A stretch of 64,000 nucleotides of DNA from Candidatus Peregrinibacteria bacterium CG_4_9_14_0_2_um_filter_53_11 (GCA_002788775.1 PFRX01000006.1:5033-69032); one strand, 5' to 3'; positions 36,601 to 46,755 are shown, counted from the stretch's first letter. Translations and numbers: made by a program. The notes: generated by a model from the letters alone, not told the origin.

Positions 36601-38847
36601 ATGTTGCCGAAAGATAAAGTTCTTCTATTAATCAGGATTCCGCAGGAAATTGAGCGTCGTGTTCATGCCTTTGAGCAGCTCCTGATCAACATCCACGAGA
36701 TTCTTCATGACCATCTCTTCACATTCGAGGTCACCTCATACAATCAGCATATCTACTTTTTCGCCTGCATCGAGAGGGAGCTGAAGGAGCTCATTGAGGG
36801 GCAGATTTACGCACAGTACTCGTTTGCGGAGATCGAGGAAGTCGGCGACTATGCTAAGCCTGATGTTCTTGAGCGTGGCTTTGCCGGTACCGAGCTCAAG
36901 CTCATGCGTTCAGATATTATTCCCATAAAGACCTTTAAGGAGTTTGAGGGAGACTCGCTCGCCGGAATTTTTTCGGTAATGACTAAGGCTGAAGAGGGCG
37001 AGCAGGTCTGGATCCAAGTTTTTGTTAAGCCCGTCGCGGATACCTGGAGTCTTAACTTCGGTCGTTCGTGGAAGATGAAGATGAATAATGTAAAACTCTT
37101 CTTCCGCTTTAAGAACTACTTCAAGCTCCGGTCAGCCAAGTCGATGCGTGAAAAAGAAAAGGAGGCCTATAAGGCAAAGGCGGAGCACCACTCTTACGAG
37201 ACTTCGGTTCGCCTGGCCTACGTCGCCAAGGACAAGCTGAAGGCTCAGCAGAAGTTGAACGTCTTGGTTAAAGCTTTTCTCCAGTTCAATACAATCGATC
37301 TGAATGGCTTTAAACCTACCAGAATGGGAGGTATGAGGCAGTTTTTTCAGAAGTATAAGGAGCGTCGTGTGAATGATGGTTTTATGCTGAGTTCAGAAGA
37401 ACTTTCCAGCATCTATCACTTCCCTCACCCGGATGATGTCCCTCATATAGTGCACGTTTTGGCCAAGAAGTCGGAGCCGCCTCGTGACCTTCCTCGCGAT
37501 GATAATACGGATCCGGGAAACGTCTCGCTCTTTGGTACAACGAACTTCCACAACCAGAATAAGCGCTTTGGGCTGAAACGTTCGGATCGTCGCCGTCATC
37601 TTTATGTTGTGGGGAAGAGTGGTACCGGTAAGTCGAAGATGCTCGAGCTCCTTATCAATGAGGATATTCAGGCCGGCCATGGTGTCGGAGTGCTCGATCC
37701 CCACGGCGACCTTGTCGACTCGATTCTCCGTCGTATTCCTAAAAATCGTATCGACGACGTCGTCGTCTTCAATCCCGCCGACTACGACTATCCGGTGGCC
37801 TTTAATCCCCTCGAGCAGGTTCCTCCCGAGCTTCGCGTCCGTGTGACGATCGGCTTCATCGACATCTTTAAGAAGATCTTCGGCAATAACTGGACCAACC
37901 GTCTGGAGCACGTTCTCCGCTACACAACCCTCGCTCTTCTGGACTCCCCCAACACCACCGTCCTCTCGATTCTCAAGATGCTCTCGGATAAGAACTACCG
38001 TCAGAAGATTGTTGCGCGTATTGAGGACTCGGTTGTTAAGAACTTTTGGGTCAATGAGTTTGCCGCTTGGAGCGAGAAGTTTGATAACGAGGCGATCATG
38101 CCTATTCTTAACAAAGTTGGTCAGTTCGTCTCAACCTCGCTCATCCGAAATATTGTGGGCCAGGCCGAGAACAAGATTGATATCGAAAAGATTATGAATG
38201 ACCGGCAGATTCTCCTTATGCGTATTTCCAAGGGGCATCTTGGTGAAGAAAATGCCGCGCTGATCGGCTCGATGGTGGTAACAAAAATTCAGCAGGCTGC
38301 GATGGCACGAACGGGAATTCCCGAGGACCAGCGTCGCGACTTCTACCTTTACTGCGATGAGTTCCAGTACTTTGCCACTGATACTTTCGCGGAGATTCTT
38401 TCTGAGGCGCGTAAATACCGCCTCAACCTTACGATGGCACATCAGTACATGGGGCAGCTGAGCCATCTCATCCGTACGACGGCTTTTGGTAACGTCGGCA
38501 CTATCATTAACTTCCGCGTCGGTGCCGAGGACGCTGTCATACTCGAAAATGAGTACACGCCGATTTTTAAGGTCCGCGATATCATCAATCTGGGTGTACG
38601 CGAGTTCTACATCAAGATGTCTGTAGATGGTGAGCTTAGAGACGCCTTCTCTGGTAAAACACTCAATGTTCCGGCGGCAAAGCACGATTACAGTGAAGAG
38701 ATTATCCGCCGCTCACGTGAGCGCTACTCAAATCCCCGCGAGGATGTTGAGACCTTCCTCAAAAAATGGGATGAGGCTGCAGAAGAGGCTCCTGATGAAG
38801 CTCTGGCGGCGAGCATAGAGCAGAAGTTTGCCGAGCCCCTCATCTAG
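36601..38847 (+). CDS. Soluble TraD/VirD4-like (FtsK-HerA superfamily) P-loop ATPase, paralog 2
   Basis: 748 aa with no N-terminal TM. Co-linear with the 20069 ORF: SSEELSSIYHFPH, Walker A VVGKSGTGKSKM, LDPHGDLVDSIL, Walker B YLYCDEFQYF, EARKYRLNLTMAHQYMGQL, GNVGTIINFRVGAEDA. Confidence 0.7.
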   Translation: MLPKDKVLLLIRIPQEIERRVHAFEQLLINIHEILHDHLFTFEVTSYNQHIYFFACIERELKELIEGQIYAQYSFAEIEEVGDYAKPDVLERGFAGTELKLMRSDIIPIKTFKEFEGDSLAGIFSVMTKAEEGEQVWIQVFVKPVADTWSLNFGRSWKMKMNNVKLFFRFKNYFKLRSAKSMREKEKEAYKAKAEHHSYETSVRLAYVAKDKLKAQQKLNVLVKAFLQFNTIDLNGFKPTRMGGMRQFFQKYKERRVNDGFMLSSEELSSIYHFPHPDDVPHIVHVLAKKSEPPRDLPRDDNTDPGNVSLFGTTNFHNQNKRFGLKRSDRRRHLYVVGKSGTGKSKMLELLINEDIQAGHGVGVLDPHGDLVDSILRRIPKNRIDDVVVFNPADYDYPVAFNPLEQVPPELRVRVTIGFIDIFKKIFGNNWTNRLEHVLRYTTLALLDSPNTTVLSILKMLSDKNYRQKIVARIEDSVVKNFWVNEFAAWSEKFDNEAIMPILNKVGQFVSTSLIRNIVGQAENKIDIEKIMNDRQILLMRISKGHLGEENAALIGSMVVTKIQQAAMARTGIPEDQRRDFYLYCDEFQYFATDTFAEILSEARKYRLNLTMAHQYMGQLSHLIRTTAFGNVGTIINFRVGAEDAVILENEYTPIFKVRDIINLGVREFYIKMSVDGELRDAFSGKTLNVPAAKHDYSEEIIRRSRERYSNPREDVETFLKKWDEAAEEAPDEALAASIEQKFAEPLI

Positions 38848-38913
38848 TTCTTCACCGCTTTGTCTTCTAATTACTTGTGGTCTCATCTTGCCATGTTATA
38901 GAGTAGTCTCTGT

Positions 38914-39870
38914 ATGAACTTTGTCGATGAGTTTAGGAAGTTATTCGAGCGGCAGCCCCACAATGCCCTGGTCATGCGCGCGAGCGAGGACTCACACTTC
39001 TCGGACTATCTTACCAATACAAAAAATGCCTATCTGAGCTGGATGCTCCACGATGCGGACAACTGCGCATATAGTGATTTTCTGATTCAGTGTACCGGCT
39101 GTGTCGACTGCGCTTTTTTAGCGAACTCCGAGCTCTGTTATGAGTGTGTTGACTGCACGGGCCTTTATTCCTGCAGCTACCTTCAGGACTGTCACAACTG
39201 CACGGAGGTTCACCACTCGGTCGACTGCCTCAACTGTCGCAACTGTTTCGGCTGTGTCGGGCTCCGCCAGCGCGAGTTCTGCATCTTTAATAAGCAGTAT
39301 TCCGAGGAGGAGTATCGGATGAAGGTCGCTGCCTTGAGGAAGAAAAGCCCGGCTGAGCTGCTGTGCGTTTTTAATGAGGAGTTTAAGAGCTCTCCACGAC
39401 TCTATCGTCACGGCTTCAAAACTCATGACGACTCCTCTGGTGACTATCTCAACAAGAGTAGTGCAGCTCATCAGTCCTTTAATATTAGCTCGACCATCGG
39501 AGCACTCTACTCCTGTGATATTTGGGCGACCGGTGGAGAGGCGAGTACGGTTATCGACTGCGATATGTCCAGTAATCTGACCAACTGCTATCAGTGCCAC
39601 AATACGCATCGCTCTTCGGATTGTCTCTTTTTGGAGGGATCGACCGGCTGTATCGACTCGGAATACCTCATAGACTGCCTCAACTGTCAGAACTGTTTCG
39701 GCTGCGTTTACCTTAAGGATAAGCAGTACTGCCTGCTCAACCGTCAGCTGACGCGCGATGAGTACCTCCACCTTCTTCCCCAGGTGAAGGCGGCACTGCG
39801 TGAAGCGGGCTACTATGGCAGGCCCCTTGCGGATATCCTTGGTGGGAGTACAATTATGGCGCATGAGTGA
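38914..39870 (+). CDS. Cytoplasmic cysteine-rich repeat protein (internally duplicated CxxC ladder)
   Basis: 318 aa, no signal peptide, about 27 Cys by eye. Both halves end in near-identical blocks: VDCLNCRNCFGCVGLRQREFCIFNKQYSEEEY and IDCLNCQNCFGCVYLKDKQYCLLNRQLTRDEY. Confidence 0.6.
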   Translation: MNFVDEFRKLFERQPHNALVMRASEDSHFSDYLTNTKNAYLSWMLHDADNCAYSDFLIQCTGCVDCAFLANSELCYECVDCTGLYSCSYLQDCHNCTEVHHSVDCLNCRNCFGCVGLRQREFCIFNKQYSEEEYRMKVAALRKKSPAELLCVFNEEFKSSPRLYRHGFKTHDDSSGDYLNKSSAAHQSFNISSTIGALYSCDIWATGGEASTVIDCDMSSNLTNCYQCHNTHRSSDCLFLEGSTGCIDSEYLIDCLNCQNCFGCVYLKDKQYCLLNRQLTRDEYLHLLPQVKAALREAGYYGRPLADILGGSTIMAHE

Positions 39871-40147
39871 GACAGCCCAGCCAACTCACGAGATCAAGAC
39901 GTGTGAAACCTGCCAGAAGCAGTTTCTCATTATCCCGCAAGAGCAGGAGTTTTACCGTAAAAAGGATCTTCCGTGGCCCACAAACTGCCCGGAGTGTCGT
40001 CAGCGCCGCCGTCTGGCCTTGCGTAACGAACGAAAGCTCTATAAGCGCACCTGCGACAAGTGTAAAAAAGATATAATCTCAACCTACCGCCCCGACTCCC
40101 CCTATATCATCTACTGCCAGGAGTGTTTTTGGGAGAATATGGGATAG
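39863..40147 (+). CDS. Small zinc-ribbon protein (four CxxC pairs)
   Basis: The track ORF starts at 39800. ATG 39863 overlaps the upstream stop (ATGAGTGA), implying translational coupling. Cys pairs are CETC, CPEC, CDKC and CQEC. Resembles the 'probable zinc-ribbon' (zf-trcl-like) family from memory. Confidence 0.6.
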   Translation: MSETAQPTHEIKTCETCQKQFLIIPQEQEFYRKKDLPWPTNCPECRQRRRLALRNERKLYKRTCDKCKKDIISTYRPDSPYIIYCQECFWENMG

Positions 40148-40209
40148 TTATTAACGGCTCTGGATTTTTTTTGCCGGGCAGCTTGTGGGGCTCGATCATT
40201 TGATTTAGA

Positions 40210-43095
40210 GTGGAAACTCACCACGCATTTATGAAGAGTAAACAGTTCAACGAACGCCAGCGGAAGGTTGTAGAACACGATACTGGGCCCATCTTGGTTA
40301 TTGCCGGCGCGGGAACGGGAAAGACTCACGTTCTGACCGGACGCCTCCTCCATCTGATTAATGAGAAGCAGGTTAATCCCGAAAAAATAGCTGCCGTGAC
40401 CTTTACGGAAAAGGCAACTGAGGAGATGCGCGATCGTGTTACCTCGGCACTACCTATCGGTTCGTCGGAGCCCAGTATTCACACCTTTCACGGCCTTTGC
40501 GAGCGCATTCTTCGCGAGAGTGGTCTCGAGCTCGGCCTCAACCCGGAGTACCGTCTGCTTGAGGAGGCCGATCTTCAGCTCTTCCTCAGACGTCACTACG
40601 GCGAGTTCGTCTTTACTCACTTCCGTTCAAGGACGCAGCCTCAGCAGCTGCTCATGACGCTTCAGCGCTACTTCAGCCGTCTGCAGGATGAGGATGTTAG
40701 TCCTGGGGTCTACAGGGCTTTTGCCGATAAGGAGTTCGCGGCCGCCCAGCTGAGCGGAGGTGAGGCTGAACTTGAGGAGGCAGCGAAGCATCAAGAGCTG
40801 GCAGACGCCTACAGAGTCTACCTTGACCTTCTTATTAAGGAGGGAGTCATGGACTACGCGGGCCTGCTCTACCACACGGTACGGCTTCTCGAAGAGCGCC
40901 CCTCGGTCCTTAAGCGCTATCAGCAGCGCTTTCAGTTTATACACGTCGATGAGTTTCAGGATACCAATACGATCCAGGGGAAGCTGATCTTCATGCTCGC
41001 AGAAGCCCACGGCAATCTGATGGTTGTTGGGGACGACGATCAGTCGATCTACAACTGGCGCGGCGCCTCGCTGAGCACGATCAACGCCTTCAATACTCGT
41101 TATCCGGATGCCACAATCGTCGTCCTCAACGAAAACTACCGGAGTACCCAGGCCATTTTGGACTGCTCGTATCGAGTCATTCAGCACAACAATCCACGGC
41201 GGCTTGAGGCTACACACTCTGTCGATAAGCGTCTTCACTCCCGCGGTCAGGGGGATGCTCCCGTTCGTCCTCCCGAGGTCTGCTCGTTCACTCAGAGCGA
41301 GGAGGAGGTCGCCTTTATCGTTAAACAGGCCAGCATTGCGGCAAAAAAAGGAGCTTCGGTTGGCATTCTTGTCCGCACGAACGCCTTGGCTGAACCTTTT
41401 ATTGATGTTCTTAAAAGGACGCGCATTCAGTTTGAGGCCTCATCCCCCATCGCAATTTTCACCCGTCCTGGGATCAAGGACTGCCTGGCGCTGCTCCGCG
41501 TTCTCACTAACCCGTGGGATGAGATGGCGCTCTTCCGTTTTCTCTCTTTTTCGTATCTCGCCATTCCCATGGAGGAGCTGCTCGGTCAGCTGAGGACCGC
41601 CCGTCAGAGTCAGCAGAACCTTTACTCAGTTCTCTCGCCTGAGTTCGGGGGTGGAGTCAAGCTCCTTATACAGGAGCTTTTGGAGCTTTCGCGGGAGGAG
41701 TCGGTCTCCCGGGTTCTGGGAGCTTTCTTTAATCAGAGCGGTTACTTACAGTACGCTGAGGAGAAGGCCGATGCCGAGCTGGCCGAAGAGATAGCCCTTT
41801 TTTCCGAGAAGGTCGCGGCTTTTGAGGAAAACCACCAGCAGAAGGGCGTTCAGGACTTCCTTGACTACCTGCACCTTCTTGAGACGACGGGGACGATCCA
41901 GCAGTCATTTGGAGGAGCGGCAGGACCGGGGATCTCGGTTCTGACAATTCATGGCTCGAAGGGTCTCGAGTTCGATGAGGTCTACATTCCCGGTCTTGCT
42001 CACAACAAGTTCCCCTCGATCAATCGCAGTGAGACACTCGAAATTCCCCCAGAACTCCTCAGCGATAGCGAGAGCGCTCAGGCTCCCCACATTGACGAGG
42101 AGCGTCGGCTCTTTTACGTAGCCTGCACCCGTGCACGAAAGCGTCTCGTCTTCACCTACAGTGATTTTTATGGAGGAGGCAGACGCCAGTGGAAGCCCTC
42201 CGCTTTTATTAATGAGGCTCTTGCGACCGGCCGGGTTTCCGTCCCGCCCAAAAAAAAGTCGAGGGAGACTCCTCAGCAGCAGAACCTCCTCTCATTTGTC
42301 ACCGAGCGTGATCATCGCTCCCACCTCATCAGGAAGCTGCCCCGTCTGAGTTATAGCCAGATGAACACCTTCGGCCGCTGTCCGCAAAGGTATAACTACC
42401 AGTACCTTCTGAAAATTCCCACCGACCCCTCCCCTTCTCTGAGCTTTGGGCTAAGCATGCACAACACTCTTCGTGACTTCTACCAAGAGCTCAAATGCCG
42501 TCCCGAACTTGTGCACGAGCCGGTACCGCGCGCCCACCTTCTTCAGGAAATGTACGAGAAGAACTGGCTCGTCTTCGGCTACGACTCACGCCAGATTCAG
42601 GAGGAGCAGAAGAGGCTCGGACTAGAGCAGCTTACCTCTTACCTGAGCGGTCTTCCTCAGCCACTCCGCCTTCCCGCCTATATTGAGGAGCCCTTCAAGC
42701 TCGCAGTGAGCGACGAGCTTATCTTAAGTGGCCGCTTTGACCGCATCGACAAGCTCGACGACGGCAATTATGAGATCATCGACTACAAGACCGGCTCGAG
42801 CAAGAAATATAAGCCCAAGACCGACCTTCAGCTTTCGGTCTACGCCCTTGCAGCTCGCGACTTTCTGAAAATTCCCGTCTCAAAAATAACTCTGCACTTC
42901 CTTGAAAATGGCGAGATGCTCACGACCACCCGCTCAGATGCCCAGCTCGAGAAGTGCCGCCTTGAGATTCTCGACCTTGCGGATGAGATGAGTCGTTCGG
43001 CTTTTGAGCCCGCTCCCGGCTACCAGTGCTCCTCGTGCGACTATCGCCTCATCTGTCCCTCGGCACTCAAGCTCCAGGCCGCCGCATCACTCTGA
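40210..43095 (+). CDS. UvrD/PcrA-type SF1 helicase fused to a C-terminal Cas4/AddB-like PD-(D/E)xK nuclease with a 4-Cys cluster
   Basis: 961 aa. Helicase motifs LVIAGAGTGKT, VDEFQDT, NYRS, TIHGSKGLEFDEVYI, RRLFYVACTRARKRL. Nuclease motifs FGRCPQRY, GRFDRID, YEIIDYKTG, QLSVYALA, CSSCDYRLICP. The start is GTG 40210 or ATG 40231. Confidence 0.85.
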   Translation: METHHAFMKSKQFNERQRKVVEHDTGPILVIAGAGTGKTHVLTGRLLHLINEKQVNPEKIAAVTFTEKATEEMRDRVTSALPIGSSEPSIHTFHGLCERILRESGLELGLNPEYRLLEEADLQLFLRRHYGEFVFTHFRSRTQPQQLLMTLQRYFSRLQDEDVSPGVYRAFADKEFAAAQLSGGEAELEEAAKHQELADAYRVYLDLLIKEGVMDYAGLLYHTVRLLEERPSVLKRYQQRFQFIHVDEFQDTNTIQGKLIFMLAEAHGNLMVVGDDDQSIYNWRGASLSTINAFNTRYPDATIVVLNENYRSTQAILDCSYRVIQHNNPRRLEATHSVDKRLHSRGQGDAPVRPPEVCSFTQSEEEVAFIVKQASIAAKKGASVGILVRTNALAEPFIDVLKRTRIQFEASSPIAIFTRPGIKDCLALLRVLTNPWDEMALFRFLSFSYLAIPMEELLGQLRTARQSQQNLYSVLSPEFGGGVKLLIQELLELSREESVSRVLGAFFNQSGYLQYAEEKADAELAEEIALFSEKVAAFEENHQQKGVQDFLDYLHLLETTGTIQQSFGGAAGPGISVLTIHGSKGLEFDEVYIPGLAHNKFPSINRSETLEIPPELLSDSESAQAPHIDEERRLFYVACTRARKRLVFTYSDFYGGGRRQWKPSAFINEALATGRVSVPPKKKSRETPQQQNLLSFVTERDHRSHLIRKLPRLSYSQMNTFGRCPQRYNYQYLLKIPTDPSPSLSFGLSMHNTLRDFYQELKCRPELVHEPVPRAHLLQEMYEKNWLVFGYDSRQIQEEQKRLGLEQLTSYLSGLPQPLRLPAYIEEPFKLAVSDELILSGRFDRIDKLDDGNYEIIDYKTGSSKKYKPKTDLQLSVYALAARDFLKIPVSKITLHFLENGEMLTTTRSDAQLEKCRLEILDLADEMSRSAFEPAPGYQCSSCDYRLICPSALKLQAAASL

Positions 43096-43111
43096 TATAC
43101 TAAGCATACTT

Positions 43112-44167
43112 ATGGAGATTCTTCTCGTCATTACGATCGGCCTCATCCTCGTCGGCTTGTTTTTAATCTATACCCGCCTTACCCCGCGGGGGAGTGATCA
43201 AGGCGGCCTCCAACTCCTCAACGAGACCTTTAACGCTCGTATGAAGGAGATCCATCAGCAGTTTCAGGAGCAGACGGCTCAGGTGAATATGCGCCTTCGC
43301 GAAAATGCCGATATTCTCCAAAAGTCGAGCCGCACGATGGGCGAACGTCTTGAGAATACAACAAAGGTTGTGGGAAGTGTGACCGACCGTCTCTCCAAGA
43401 TGGAAGAGGCGACAAAGCGCATTTACGATGTGGGGAAAGATATCGCCGGACTTCATGACATCCTTCGGGCTCCCAAGCTCCGGGGAAACTTGGGTGAGCT
43501 TTTTCTTAAGGATATTCTGAGTCAGTACTTCCCGCGGGAAAGTTTTTCCATGCCCTACACCTTCCGCAGTGGTGAGAAGGTCGACGCAGCCCTTCATCTT
43601 GCCGATGACAAGATCGTCCCGATAGACTCGAAGTTTCCCCTCGAGAACTTCCGCAAGCTCATCGGGACCGATAATGAGGAGGAAAAGAAGAAGGCGCAAA
43701 AAGCCTTCACGAGCGACGTGAAGAAGCGCATCGATGAGATCGCCCGCTATATTCTTCCTGATGAGGGGACGATGGACTTCGCCCTGCTCTATATACCCGC
43801 TGAGAACGTCTACTACGAGGTGATCGTGAAAAATGAGGGTGAGGGGAATTTGAGCGAGTATGCTTTCAAGAAGCGTGTTATCCCCGTCTCGCCCAATAAC
43901 TTCTTCGTCTACCTTCAGACCATCTTGATGGGCCTTCGCGGTTTGCAGATAGAGAAGAGCGCCCAGGAGATACAGGCATCTCTCGTCCGTCTTAAGGGCG
44001 ACTTTACCAAGTTTGACGACACGTTTGAGGTTCTTGGTACCCACCTCACTAACGCCTCGAACAAGTATGATGATGCCAAGCGCCGCCTTGACAAGGTTGG
44101 CAGTAAGTTGGAAAATATAGAGCACCTGGGAGCCCCTGTAGCGCCCACACTTGCCGCCGGTGAGTAA
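43112..44167 (+). CDS. rmuC: DNA recombination protein RmuC
   Basis: The track ORF (43004) overlaps the upstream gene; ATG 43112 gives MEILLVITIGLILVGLFLIY (TM). A coiled-coil follows, then the RmuC core: LRGNLGELFLKDIL, DFALLYIPAENVYYE, PVSPNNFFVYLQTI. Confidence 0.85.
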   Translation: MEILLVITIGLILVGLFLIYTRLTPRGSDQGGLQLLNETFNARMKEIHQQFQEQTAQVNMRLRENADILQKSSRTMGERLENTTKVVGSVTDRLSKMEEATKRIYDVGKDIAGLHDILRAPKLRGNLGELFLKDILSQYFPRESFSMPYTFRSGEKVDAALHLADDKIVPIDSKFPLENFRKLIGTDNEEEKKKAQKAFTSDVKKRIDEIARYILPDEGTMDFALLYIPAENVYYEVIVKNEGEGNLSEYAFKKRVIPVSPNNFFVYLQTILMGLRGLQIEKSAQEIQASLVRLKGDFTKFDDTFEVLGTHLTNASNKYDDAKRRLDKVGSKLENIEHLGAPVAPTLAAGE

Positions 44168-44232
44168 GACTTATCTCGTTTGCTTTACGGGATATTTTCA
44201 GATAGACTTGTCACGCCTTCTGGGTTTTAACT

Positions 44233-46338
44233 ATGTCTACAAAACTTACCGATCTCGCAGAAAAACTGGGCCTCACGGCCGCCGAACTCAAAGACAAGAT
44301 TGTCGAGCTCGGTTTTGAGCTGAAGCCTCGCGCCCGTACGGTAGAAGATGATGTCGCGGCACTTGTTGAGGATGAGCTCGCAGCAAAGAAAAATGAGGAG
44401 CTCGATGCTGATGCTCCGGCAGCGACTGATAATGTGACGCAGTATGAGGAGTATATAGAAGACCAGCTCGACAAGGAGATCATCAAGTCTCAGCGCAAGA
44501 TGATGGCCGGTAAGCCCCTTAAGGCCAAGAAGCCGGGCCAGGATAAGGCGCAGGTTGTTATGACCGATAAGGATATCGAGATTCCTGACCAGATTACGGT
44601 TAAGGAGTTTTCAGAGAAGACCGGCATAAGCCCGATTAAGGTTATTGGTGAGTTGATGAAGAACGGGATTATGGCGAATATTAACCAAAGTATCGACTTC
44701 GACACGGCCACGATTCTCGCCGATGAGTTCTCAATTACGATCAAACGCAAGCGTTCAGAAGCCGCCGTTGAGGATATATCTACGGGAAATCTTCAGATGC
44801 TCCTTGACGAGAAGGATAAGGAGGATCTACAGGAGCGTCCCCCTGTCGTTACGATTATGGGCCACGTCGATCATGGAAAGACCTCGCTTCTTGATGCAAT
44901 TCGCGAGACGAGTGTCGTCTCTGGTGAGGCGGGTGGAATCACTCAGCATATCGGTGCCTATCAGGTTGAGAAGGATGGTCGGAAGATTACCTTTATCGAC
45001 ACCCCGGGGCATGAGGCCTTTACCTCAATGCGTGCCCGAGGAGCCAAAATTACAGATATTGTCATCCTCGTAGTCGCCGCCGATGAGGGAATTAAGCCTC
45101 AGACGGTTGAGGCGCTCAACCATGCTCGCGCAGCGGAAGTTCCCATTATAGTCGCAGTCAATAAGATTGATAAAGAGGGGGCTAACCTCGACAAGGTAAA
45201 ATCGCAGCTCGCGGAAGAGGGGCTCCAGCCCGAAGATTGGGGTGGTCAGACCATCATGGTTCCGGTCTCAGCCCTTACGGGTCAGGGGCTCGACAACCTG
45301 CTCGAGATGATCCTCCTCACCGCAGATCTCAATCCGCTTAAGGCCAACCCTAACCGTCCCGGCGTTGCAACTATCTTAGAGTCCCATCTCGATCCGAGTC
45401 TTGGGCCCGTCGCAACGGTCCTTATTAATACCGGAACACTCAGAACCCAGGATCCTTTCATCGTAGGAAGTATCTATGGACGTGTTAAGCTCATGCGAGA
45501 TGACCTTGGTAAGCCCATTGATAGCGCTCTCCCCTCGACTCCCGTTCGCATAGCGGGTCTTCAAGAGACTCCTAAAGCCGGTGATATTCTTCAGGTTGTT
45601 GCCAGTATGGATGAGGCCCGTAGAAAGGCCGATCAGATCAGTCTTTTGCGTGATACGACGAGTGCCGTTGATGGGGCTCAGGGCCTCGACTCACTTATGA
45701 CTGCTATTCAGGAAGGGCGTCTTAAACATCTTAAGGTTGTTCTTAAGGCCGATACACTTGGTACTCTTGAGGCGGTAAAGCGCTCACTTGAGGATGTTCG
45801 TAAAGATGAGGTCTCTGTTAAGGTTATCCTTGGAGGCGTTGGAGCTCTCACCGAGAGCGACATCATGATGGCTGCAGCAACAGAAGGAGGAATCGCACTT
45901 GGCTTCAACGTTCCCGCCAATGCTCACGTTCGTGATGTTGCGGACCGTAATGGAGTCCAGCTCTTCACCTACAGCATTATCTACCAGTTGATTGATGACA
46001 TGAAGAAGATTCTCTCGGGTATGCTTGAGGCCGAGGTTAACGAGGTTATTCTTGGAAAAGCCGAGATTAAGGCCGTTTTCCTTACCCAGAAGAAGGCGAT
46101 GATCATTGGTTGTAAGGTTACAGAAGGTAAGATCGAGAATAAGAGTCGTGTTCGCGTCTTTAGAGGAGGCGAGCTCGTTGGTGAAGGAGTGATCGGCTCA
46201 CTAAAGCGCGTTAACGATGTTGTTAAAGAAATTGAAGAGGGTCATGAGTGCGGTGTCCGTTTTGAAGGTGATACCAAGCTCGAGGCGGGTGACATTCTTG
46301 AGTCATGGAAGCTTGAGCGACGTGAACGTGTCCTTTAG
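44233..46338 (+). CDS. infB: Translation initiation factor IF-2
   Basis: 701 aa. G-domain motifs [27 protein letters not shown]. The C-terminus is [27 protein letters not shown]. Confidence 0.95.
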   Translation: MSTKLTDLAEKLGLTAAELKDKIVELGFELKPRARTVEDDVAALVEDELAAKKNEELDADAPAATDNVTQYEEYIEDQLDKEIIKSQRKMMAGKPLKAKKPGQDKAQVVMTDKDIEIPDQITVKEFSEKTGISPIKVIGELMKNGIMANINQSIDFDTATILADEFSITIKRKRSEAAVEDISTGNLQMLLDEKDKEDLQERPPVVTIMGHVDHGKTSLLDAIRETSVVSGEAGGITQHIGAYQVEKDGRKITFIDTPGHEAFTSMRARGAKITDIVILVVAADEGIKPQTVEALNHARAAEVPIIVAVNKIDKEGANLDKVKSQLAEEGLQPEDWGGQTIMVPVSALTGQGLDNLLEMILLTADLNPLKANPNRPGVATILESHLDPSLGPVATVLINTGTLRTQDPFIVGSIYGRVKLMRDDLGKPIDSALPSTPVRIAGLQETPKAGDILQVVASMDEARRKADQISLLRDTTSAVDGAQGLDSLMTAIQEGRLKHLKVVLKADTLGTLEAVKRSLEDVRKDEVSVKVILGGVGALTESDIMMAAATEGGIALGFNVPANAHVRDVADRNGVQLFTYSIIYQLIDDMKKILSGMLEAEVNEVILGKAEIKAVFLTQKKAMIIGCKVTEGKIENKSRVRVFRGGELVGEGVIGSLKRVNDVVKEIEEGHECGVRFEGDTKLEAGDILESWKLERRERVL

Positions 46339-46347
46339 TCCTATATA

Positions 46348-46755
46348 ATGGAGGCTCTCTCCCATAAATTCTGGCTCCTGCCGACCTTTACAGACGAGCG
46401 CGGTCCCCTGACCATTCTGGAAGATACGACGCTCCCCTTCTCCCCGAAGAGGCTCTATTTCTTATATGATGTGAAGGCGAAAAGAGGCGGACATGCTCAC
46501 CTCAAAGAAGAGGAGGTTTTCGTCTGTATCAGAGGTACCTTTACCGCCCGCATTCACGATGGAAAGCAGTGGCATCAGTTTGAGATGACCGAGCCCGGAA
46601 TGGCTCTTTACACTAACGCGCTCGTCTGGCACGAGTTCGACAATTTCTCCCCGGATGCTATTATGCTGGCGGTCTCCTCTACTAATTACGACGGTCAGAA
46701 GGAGTACATCTTAGATCATAATGAGTTTCTGCAGTTATGTTCAAAAAAATCCTAA
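46348..46755 (+). CDS. FdtA/WxcM-like cupin (dTDP-4-keto-6-deoxyglucose 3,4-ketoisomerase family)
   Basis: 135 aa: FTDERGPLTILE, LPFSPKRLYFLYD, RGGHAHLKEEEVFVCIRGTF, LVWHEFDNFSPDAIMLAVSS. This aligns well with my recollection of FdtA. Overlaps rfbB by 19 nt. Confidence 0.7.
   Translation: MEALSHKFWLLPTFTDERGPLTILEDTTLPFSPKRLYFLYDVKAKRGGHAHLKEEEVFVCIRGTFTARIHDGKQWHQFEMTEPGMALYTNALVWHEFDNFSPDAIMLAVSSTNYDGQKEYILDHNEFLQLCSKKS

Noticed and set aside
20069-38847. The idea that the two TraD/VirD4-like ATPases mark an integrative conjugative element or plasmid remnant.
   Set aside because: No relaxase, integrase, VirB4/VirB6, replication genes, flanking direct repeats or tRNA-borne att site were found. 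The interval between them is filled with core genes (tsaE, ruvB, clpC, rpsA).
39118-39864. A 248-aa antisense ORF opposite the Cys-ladder gene.
   Set aside because: The + frame shows a highly regular CxxC periodicity and an internal duplication that would not arise by chance. The antisense frame is featureless.
40165-40172. A T8 run downstream of the zinc-ribbon gene as a terminator.
   Set aside because: I could not find a convincing GC-rich stem immediately upstream, so it is not called.
43004-43111. The N-terminal extension of track ORF 43004-44167.
   Set aside because: It overlaps the end of the helicase-nuclease gene in another frame. ATG 43112 gives the expected RmuC N-terminal TM helix.
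43163-44125. A 320-aa antisense ORF opposite rmuC.
   Set aside because: It has no recognisable motifs, whereas the + strand frame has clear RmuC similarity. Long antisense ORFs are common in this composition.
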